From Octopus sinensis (Eukaryota): 12,148 bases of DNA. The stretch lies in NCBI RefSeq assembly GCF_006345805.1, contig NW_021826600.1, forward strand, positions 1-12,148. The letters are read 5' to 3'. How positions within the stretch are numbered: the first letter of the stretch is position 1; every line of letters starts with the position of its first letter. Under the pieces are notes generated by a model, which saw only the letters and a list, made by a program, of their open reading frames with translations, had not been told where the DNA came from and ran no database searches. The translations under genes were made by a program, and so were the position numbers. Shown here one piece after another: positions 1 to 7,534 of this stretch.

Positions 1-7
1 ATGCTTG

Positions 8-200
8 TATATATATAATATATATATATATATACACATACATACCTATATGTATGTATGTATCATGTATGTATGTAGGGTGGAATAGATAAGATATACT
101 TATGTGTATAAATATGTGTGTGTATATAGAAATATATATATAATGTATATCTAAAATATATATATATACGCACACGCGCGCACGCGCATACACACACATA
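8..200. repeat. Degenerate (TA)n/(TATG)n/(CA)n microsatellite
   Basis: Direct reading: alternating TA, TATG and CACG/CA runs. Confidence 0.85.
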
Positions 201-849
201 CAGACTCATGCATAGACTTGAAACAAATAAAAAATAATGATAAACGATAGAGGCAATTTATAACCTCGAAATAACATCTCTAACAAATTTCGTTGAAGAC
301 TATGCATTTTTAAGAAAGTTATGAGGAAACAAAGTCGATAGAGAATGGGGTACCTAACTCTAGGTATACTCAAATGTTTTCTATTATAATCAGATGTTTT
401 TTTCTAAAAATAAATTTCCTAAACCACACGGCGACTGCTATACCTACCCCTACGTGAAGCCGGTTGACCTCGGGGTTAAAAGGGGCCAAAATTATATGCA
501 TATATATTTCCTTGGACGAGATAGATGAAGTAAGTGCCAGCTAGCCAGGTATTTATTTAAATCGAAGTAAGAACGAAGAGCATTGGTTCGGGTGGGGTGG
601 GAGAGGTGGCGTGGGGGTAGGGGGAAGCAACCTAAACGATTTCGATCAATGAGGTCGATTTTATCGATTGTGACACTCACCATCGAAATCTTTGGCCTCG
701 TGTCAATAATAGATGTCAATTAGAAAAAATTTTTTACTCCCACCCTTCACCCACGCCACCCCCCGCCCTGCCCGAACCCCCCCCCCACGAATATTTGTAT
801 ATTTGTTTGAGATCGATATTATTGTCTGATTGTTTTTTTTAAAAGCTTT

Positions 850-1477
850 CTGTGCTTTATGTGTATATGTATATATGCACATATATATGATATATATATA
901 TATATATATATATATTTATTATATATATTTTATAATATTATATACATATATATATATCTATTCATTTATATATGCATATATATATGTATATATATCACTA
1001 TATATATACGTGTATATATATATTGAATATATGTGTGTATATATATATATACGCATATACATATATGCCTATATATATATGTGTGTGCATATATAATATA
1101 CAATATATATATATACCACACATAATATATATATATACATACATGCATGCATGCATACATACATACATACATACATACAAACATACATACATACATACAA
1201 TACATACATACATACATACAAACATACATACATACATACATACATACAAACATACATACATACATACATACATACATACATGCATACATGCATACATACA
1301 TACATACATACAAACATACATACATACATACATACATACAAACATACATACATACATACATACAAACATACATACATACATACATACAAACATACATACA
1401 TACATACATACATACATACATACATACATGCATACATACATACATACATACATACATACATACATACATACATACAT
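850..1477. repeat. Compound microsatellite: degenerate (TA)n (~850-1135) followed by (TACA)n (~1135-1477) with AACA/TGCA variant units
   Basis: Direct reading. It explains the six overlapping HTYI/MYVC ORFs. Confidence 0.97.
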
Positions 1478-1654
1478 GTGTGCAGTTATACCTATGAGTA
1501 TCATGTCCGAATCTTCCTGTGAATGTGTATATATCCATCTATCAATCGATTGATGTAGACGCACATGATACCCAGGTGCACACGCGCGCGGATACACGCC
1601 GGCGCACAGTAAATTAACGTGAGCGCGTACTCATGCACAGAAGCACACCCACAC

Positions 1655-1752
1655 ACGTGTATGCATACGTGTATGTGTGTGTGTACATATATGTGTGTGT
1701 ATATGTATAGGTATGTATATGTGAGTGTGTATCTGTCAGTGTCTGTGTGTGC
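1655..1752. repeat. Degenerate (TG/TA)n microsatellite
   Basis: Direct reading of gtgtat/gtgt runs. Confidence 0.8.
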
Positions 1753-1793
1753 GAATGTTTAATATATTTTTTGATATAATAATTTCTGTAGTG

Positions 1794-2000
1794 TTTTTTT
1801 CTTCTTCTTCTTCTTCTTCTTCTTCTTCTTCTTCTTCTTCTTTTTTCTCTTTTTCTCTTTTTCTTCTTCTTCTTCTTCTTTTTCTTCTTCTTCTTCTTTT
1901 CTCCTTTTTCTCCTTTTTTTTTTCTTCTTCTTCTTCTTCTTCTTCTTCTTCTTCTTCTCCTCCCCACTTCCCCCCTCTCCCCTTCCTGCCTCTTCTCGGA
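1794..2000. repeat. (TTC)n-based polypyrimidine tract
   Basis: About 14 TTC units at 1799-1840 and about 12 at 1922-1957, with a degenerate T/C spacer. It gives the poly-S/poly-R/poly-K ORFs. Confidence 0.95.
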
Positions 2001-2062
2001 AACCATTAACACTTACAGAAAGTACTTCGTTGTCACTGTCCTTCTTTTGCATTTTTTTTTTG

Positions 2063-2114
2063 TTTTGCTGGTTTCATTCATCAAATTTTGGCCATGCTGG
2101 AGTACCATCTTGAA
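2063..2114 (-). mobile_element. Diverged 3'-tail fragment of SINE family F
   Basis: ttttgctggtttcattcat...ggccatgctggagtaccatcttgaag resembles the reverse complement of the tail of the full copy at 11618-12072 (ggtggtgctccagcatggccgcagtc...). Confidence 0.55.
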
Positions 2115-2215
2115 GCGTTGCCTTTTCTGTTTCTATTTCAGTCGGTTCTATCGACAACAGTGCTTAAGTTATTATTTAAAGACGCGCTGAGCAGCGTGAA
2201 ATTATATTAAGTCAT

Positions 2216-2561
2216 GTAAAAGAGTAAAGACCCCACTTCGGTCATGAATGACCATGGGATTGCGCCTAGAAAGTTCCCCTCCAAGGCAAAATCCAGACAA
2301 GGTCGTTTATGTAAGACCAGCAGTCGCCCATGCATACCAACCTCCCCTCTCCATGCCACCAATGTTATCGAAGGCAAAATCAAAGGACGATACAACTTGG
2401 TACCAGTGACGTCGCAACTCATTTCTACAGCTGAGTGAACAGGAACAACGTGAAATAAAGTGTCTTGCTCAAGAACACAGCACACAGCCCGTACCGGGAA
2501 TCAAACTCACTACCTCTTGACTGTGAGCCCGATACTCTAACACTGAGCCATGCGATTTCAC
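2216..2561 (-). mobile_element. tRNA-derived SINE, family B, near full length
   Basis: Minus strand reads A-box tggctcagtgtt, B-box gagtttgattccc, body gtgttcttgagcaagacactttatttcacg..., a ggtca/tgacc hairpin and a ctttac-type tail. Colinear along its length with the copy at 8623-8960. Confidence 0.85.
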
Positions 2562-2711
2562 TAATTATGTTCGTGTACATTCGGACATGAAAAGACAATT
2601 CGCTGCAGAAGTTGCCTCGAGAGAAGAAATTTTTCTCGTAGACAATATAGGTGTAAACACACTACGAAGTCATGAATTAAGTCTTCGGACCAAAGTGCTC
2701 ATCTAACAGAC

Positions 2712-3025
2712 GTGGATTTCCGTCGGTTACGACTACGACGACTGTTCTAGTTGATGCGATCAATCGAACAGACTACCCGTGAAATTAACGTGCAAGTGGC
2801 CGAGCACTCCACAGATACGGGTACCCTTAATGTAGTTCTCCGGGAAATTCAGTGTGACTCAACGTGACAAAGCTGAACCTTTGAAATACAGATAATACTC
2901 ATTTTTGCCAGCAGAGTGGACTGGAGCACCAGAAATAAAGTATCTTGCTCAAGAACACAACGCGCCACCTGGAATCGAACTGACGACCTTACGATCGTGA
3001 ACCGAACACTAAGCCACTAAGCCAC
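2712..3025 (-). mobile_element. tRNA-derived SINE, family D (B-type head/body, D/E-type tail)
   Basis: Minus strand reads gtggcttagtgg (A box), agttcgattcc (B box), body gtgttcttgagcaagatactttatttc, then a tail shared with 3933-4117 and 4741-4924. Confidence 0.85.
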
Positions 3026-3111
3026 ATATGATTAATTTATCAGTAAATGTGCAATATTCCATTCTAATTTAAGAGCGATCACGAACCCTTGTATTCAGTG
3101 ACTACTTAAGC

Positions 3112-3183
3112 AAAGTGTTCATGGATGGGCGCTGATGAGAGGGCAAAACTCTCGAAATGTGGAATATACGCTCATTACACTTT
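3112..3183 (+). ncRNA. Type I hammerhead ribozyme motif (complete fold)
   Basis: Stem I atgggcg(3125-31)/cgctcat(3169-75). Core CUGAUGA 3132-38. Stem II gaggg/ctctc with loop caaaa. GAAA 3154-57. Short stem III (a)tgt-gga-ata(t). NUH=AUA with predicted cleavage after 3168. Distal stem I aaagtgt(3112-18)/acacttt(3177-83) beyond an internal bulge. Confidence 0.8.
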
Positions 3184-3308
3184 TTTCATCTTCGATCTCA
3201 TTGTTTGTTTACATCTGACGTAACGGATACGAAATGTCGCAACAAGAATCAGTTGCTGGCTATAATTTCTTATCAGAGGCGTCAACATCATTTTGACAAT
3301 CCTCTTTT

Positions 3309-3505
3309 TAATCTTTTACTTGTTTCAGTCAATTTGAAACCGGAGCACTGCCTTTTAGTCGAACAAATCGACCGCAGGACTTATTCTTTGCAAGCCTAGT
3401 ACTTACTCTACCGGAACTCTTTTGCCGAACCACTAAGTTACGGGGATGTAAACACACCAGGATCAGTTGTCAAGCGATGGTGGAAGGACAAACACAGACA
3501 CGCAA

Positions 3506-3556
<51 letters not shown>

Positions 3557-3561
3557 CACAC
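3309..3561 (-). mobile_element. SINE family F, 3' half ending in the internal (CA)n microsatellite
   Basis: Reverse-complement match to ~11830-12070 (ttttacttgtttcagtc...aagcctagtactta...cttttgccgaacc...gttgtcaagcg...gacaaacacagacac). (CA)n at 3507-3561. Confidence 0.85.
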
Positions 3562-3932
3562 ATCTAACTTGTAGCACAGGCATGTAAACACAAGTGATAG
3601 TCGGTGCATTCCAGGTAGCTGAGCTGCGTGGGTAGTTGCTGGGGCGAATTTATTCGGTACAAGCGACATATTCGACTCATCGCCGATCCGTGTTAACGTG
3701 GATCAATCCGTGATAAGCATGAAGTGGTTCACTATTGAGCGTAACGTGTAGTCCCGAATCAGCGATGAATAAATCAGCGTTAAACGAGGCTACAGGTATT
3801 ATAGTAAACTTCCACTATAAGGGTGTGGTTAGGTATTTGAGATTCCGTTGTTGGGAAGTGTTCCGCTGTCTACGAAGCATTTAAAAAATGTTTGAATATA
3901 TTTATTACTTAAACAAAGGCACAACTTCAGTC

Positions 3933-4313
3933 GTGGCACTCCGTCGGTTACGACGACGTGGGTTGATCCGATCAATGGAACAGCCTGCTCGTGAAATTAA
4001 CGTGCAAGTGGCTGAGCACTCCACACACACACGCACGTATACCCTTAACGAAGTTCCCGGGGAGATTCAGCGTGACACAGAGTGAGGCAAGGCCGGCCCT
4101 TTGAAATACAGGTACAATAGAAACAGAAAGAAAAAGTGAAAGTAAGTTGTGGTGAAAGAGTACAGTAGGCTTCGCCACCACCCCTACCGGAGCGTCATGG
4201 CACTTTAGGTGTTTTTGCTCAATAAACACTCACAACGCTCGATCTGGGAATCGAAACCGCGATCCTACGACCGCGTGTCCGCTGTCCTAACCACTGGGCC
4301 ATTGCGCCTCCAC
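3933..4313 (-). mobile_element. tRNA-derived SINE, family E (own head/body, tail shared with D), full length with 9-bp TSD
   Basis: Minus strand head gtggaggcgcaatggcccagtgg (A box)...ggtttcgattccc (B box). Tail 3933-4117 matches family D. Flanking direct repeat aacttcagt at 3923-3931 and 4316-4324. Confidence 0.88.
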
Positions 4314-4355
4314 GAAACTTCAGTAATCAAGAAACAGCGGTATATTTTTATAAAA

Positions 4356-4572
4356 GGCGGCGACCTTGCAGAAACGTTAACACGCCGTATTTCGTCTGCC
4401 GCTACGTTCTGAGTTCAAATTCCGCCGAGGTTGACTTTGCCTTTCATCCTTTCGGGGTCGATTAAATAAGTACCAGTTACGCACTGGGGTCGATATAATC
4501 GATTTAATCCGTTTGTCTGTCCTTGTTTGTCCACTCTATGTTTAGTCCCTTGTGGGTAGTAAAGAAATAGGT
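4356..4572 (+). mobile_element. tRNA-derived SINE, family A monomer (short internal deletion in the head)
   Basis: ggcggcg head, B-box gagttcaaattcc, body gcctttcatcctttcggggtcga...aagtaccag. Matches the reverse complement of 7535-8021. Confidence 0.88.
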
Positions 4573-4620
4573 GTATTTTAATGAATAGCACTTCTTAAAC
4601 TTATTAACTGCCGAGATTTG

Positions 4621-4924
4621 GTGGTGTGTGGCTAAGTGCTTCGGATATGATCGTGAGTTCGATTCTCGGAAGTGCGTTGTGTCCTTAAGCAAGTCCCTTT
4701 ATCTCACCTAGATCCAGTTTATTCATCTGGCAAAAATGTGTTGTACCTGTAATTCAAAGAGCCAACTTTGTCACATTCTGTGTCACACTGAATCTCCCAG
4801 AAAACTACGTTAAGGCTACTCATGTCTGTGGAGTACTCAGCCACTTGCACGTTAATTTTACTAGCGGGTTGTTCCGTTGATCGGATCAACAAGAACCCTC
4901 GTGGTCGTAACCGACGGAGCGCCA
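4621..4924 (+). mobile_element. tRNA-derived SINE, family D, second copy (head partly deleted)
   Basis: B-box gagttcgattctc, body gttgtgtccttaagcaag..., tail ttgtacctgt...gttgatcggatcaac...gtcgtaaccgacggagcgcca. Inverted relative to 2712-3025. Confidence 0.85.
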
Positions 4925-5264
4925 GTTTATTCTTTTCCGTTTATTTATTTGTGGTTTGAAGTTAATATTTAAAAAAAAAACATTGATGAAAGAAAATAAT
5001 TTTTAAAAGCATAAAAGAATGAAAAAAAAAAAGATGGCTGTGAGTGTTAACAAAGCAACGTCTTCCGCCATTTTTTTCCTGTGCGACAAATTGTAAAAGT
5101 GCCGTTAGCTTGGGTTTTCCGCTATTCTGGACGCCATTATTTTGGTATGTCTTTACCATACCATTATACAACAGTATTAAATGTAATAATATCTATTTTA
5201 TGATTATTTTCTGATAAGTTTCTGAAGTTTTAAAAAATATGTTTTTGTTGTTTTTCTCGTCTTA

Positions 5265-6500
5265 GTTTTCGCTGTGCGCAACGGCGATCAGTAGCACCGC
5301 CGATATCATCACCAACACCAAAAACATCGACAATGCCACCTTCATAACTGCTGCTGCTGGTGGTGCTACTACTACAACAACTACTACTACTAACGCTACC
5401 CCTAAGATCGCCATTATCTTAATCAACTCCGCCACCATCACCGCCATGAGCAAAAACGATAACAGCCGTTATAACAACATCATTATCACCACCACCATCA
5501 TCATTACTGAGCCAACCGTCGACACCTCCGCCACCACCAAGTAGAACAACCATCAACACTACAAGCATCACCACCATCACGACCACCACCACCACTTCTA
5601 CCACCACCTCCACCACCATTATTACCATCCCCATCCCCACCATCCCCATTCGCACCACCACCTGTCATCACCATAACCGCCACCATCACTGCCACCGCTA
5701 CCACCTCCACCATCACGACCACCACCACCAGCACGACCACCACTCCATCACAGCTACTATCACGACTGCCACGACTATCAACAACAACAAGAAGACCCTC
5801 ATTACCAACACTACACCACCCTCAATAACCTTTATCACAATAAAACCCAATTCACCACCCCCATCCCCACCATCATCACCCCCATCCCCACCATCACCAC
5901 CCCCAAACCCACCATCACCACCCCCAAACCCACCATCACCACCATAATAATGATCAGCACCACCACCACCATCACCAGTACCAGCACCAGCACCAGCACC
6001 ACCACCACCACCAACAACAAGAACAGGCAACCACTATCTCCACAACCGCAACAACGATCACTGCAAACCACTAACACCACCACCACCACCATCACCACCA
6101 AGAACAACAGCTCAGAACCACTACCGTCAACATCACTATCATCACACAACTAACATCCCACCCCTGCCAACAACAAGAGTAACACCACTACCACCACCAC
6201 CACCAACAAAAAAACGCCATGTCACCACCACCACCGACACTACGAACTCATAACGACCACCACCTCAACCACCACCGCCACCACCACTACCACTACCACT
6301 ACCACCACCACCACCATCACCACCGCCGACACCACTACCACCACTGCCGATACTACGAACTCATAACCACCACCACCACCACCACCATCACCATCACCAC
6401 CGCCGACACCACCACCACCACCGCCGATACTACGCTCTCATAGCCCCCACCTCCTCCATCACCACCATCACCACCACCGCCGCCGCCATAACCGCCACCA
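5265..6500. repeat. Degenerate (ACC/ATC/AAC/ACT)n trinucleotide low-complexity tract with embedded 21-bp minisatellite (~5860-5945)
   Basis: C/A-rich, G-poor on the + strand. About 4 copies of cccaccatcaccacccccaaa-like units. Confidence 0.9.
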
Positions 6501-6909
6501 GCGCTACCCCATTCCCAAACAGCTTCCCATCATGCATATTTTTTTATCGTCTGCCATTATTATTATTATTTTTTTTCATTTCTTTATCGTTTCTTTGTCG
6601 CCACAAATTTCGTTTTCTATCTGCTCCTCATTCCACACCGATTCGCCAAAACATTTCTTCATCTTTCTTCATAGACAATATTTTAATTTTATTTTATTTT
6701 ATTTTATTTTTCATATTTACTTTTGTATTTGTTTGTTATTTTTACGTTTTTATTGGTTTGCTATATTTTGTTTTCTGAATACACGCTATTCGCGTTTTAT
6801 TTCGCTCTTTTTAGCGACATCGATTTTCTCATTCTACCACATATTCTACAACCTTCTTCCATCTACACCTTCTATTTTCTCTTTTTCCCAACATTTATAT
6901 CTATATCTT

Positions 6910-6986
6910 TGCATGTGTATGTGTATATGTTTGTGTGTGTACCTCAGTATATGTATGTGTGTGTATGTGTGTGTGTGTGTGTGTGC
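6910..6986. repeat. (TG)n/(TATG) microsatellite
   Basis: Direct reading. Confidence 0.85.
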
Positions 6987-7200
6987 GTAAAAAACTCCAG
7001 AAGACAAAGAGACTATTGGTGGTTTCTGCCGGTAATAATTATATTTATGGGTACAAAAGTAAAAATTATACAAGTTGGTATGTCACCGTGAAAGAAAGAT
7101 TCTAGCGAGTGGAACAACGCCCTTCTTTCAGGAAGGGATAATTTTTTGTGTGTGGTTTCTGACCTGGGAGACAGAAACAAAATAATAAAATTGTGTTCTT

Positions 7201-7239
7201 TTTTACTCGAAGATGGACCTTTGTCCGAAACGTCTGAAA
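7201..7239 (+). ncRNA. Degenerate minimal hammerhead-like motif
   Basis: tttta-ctcgaaga-t-ggac(cttt)gtcc-gaaa-cgtc-tgaaa. Perfect 4-bp stem II, GAAA, palindromic ACGU stem III and GUC triplet, but the core reads CUCGAAGA instead of CUGANGA. Confidence 0.4.
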
Positions 7240-7272
7240 CTCCATCTCACGTCTGCCTTTTTATACACCTCC

Positions 7273-7362
7273 GATATATATATGTAATGGATATATACAC
7301 ACACACGCACACACACACAAACACACTTATTAACCACATAAACATGTCTGTAGCTACACGCA

Positions 7363-7402
<40 letters not shown>
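7273..7402. repeat. (TA)n/(CA)n microsatellite cluster
   Basis: Direct reading. Confidence 0.85.
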
Positions 7403-7403
<1 letters not shown>

Positions 7404-7534
7404 TACATATATGATCATATATATTACATGCAAATTAGGGACCCCTTCATAGAGTAACCGCAACGTTCAAGACAATACTATCGTGAGCCGGTATCAATTT
7501 AAATTAAATAAGTATTATTGCCGTTATTAATAAT

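Noticed and set aside
1541-1554. Perfect 14-bp palindrome atcaatcgattgat
   Set aside because: Explained by a strand switch of a short ATCA/TGAT repeat and expected in this low-complexity context.
830-1597. Cluster of long ORFs (HTYI/MYVC repeats, up to 199 aa)
   Set aside because: Read-through of (TA)n/(TACA)n microsatellites that lack stop codons. ORFs are open in several frames on both strands.
1614-2052. Poly-Arg/Lys/Ser/Glu ORFs
   Set aside because: Translations of the (TTC)n tract.
2207-2485. 92-aa and 64-aa ORFs with ordinary-looking composition
   Set aside because: They lie wholly inside a SINE B copy. The related ORF 8829-9020 sits in the other B copy with a different frame extent.
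3214-3240. ctgacgtaacggatacgaaatgtc as a second hammerhead next to the first
   Set aside because: The core reads CUGACGU without A9, stem II is not correctly placed, and no stem I closes it.
4230-4313. tRNA genes at SINE heads (also ~2490-2561, ~7930-8021, ~11618-11690)
   Set aside because: A and B boxes are present, but there is no complete cloverleaf or acceptor stem and each continues into a SINE body.
5262-6443. Mucin-like, Gly-rich or His-rich protein gene
   Set aside because: Short ORFs in many frames on both strands from a degenerate trinucleotide repeat, with no recognisable domain or splice structure.
6532-7091. 152-aa and 122-aa Phe/Ile-rich ORFs resembling membrane or mitochondrial proteins
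   Set aside because: T-rich low-complexity DNA plus (TG)n, with no recognisable motif of ND/COX/other proteins.
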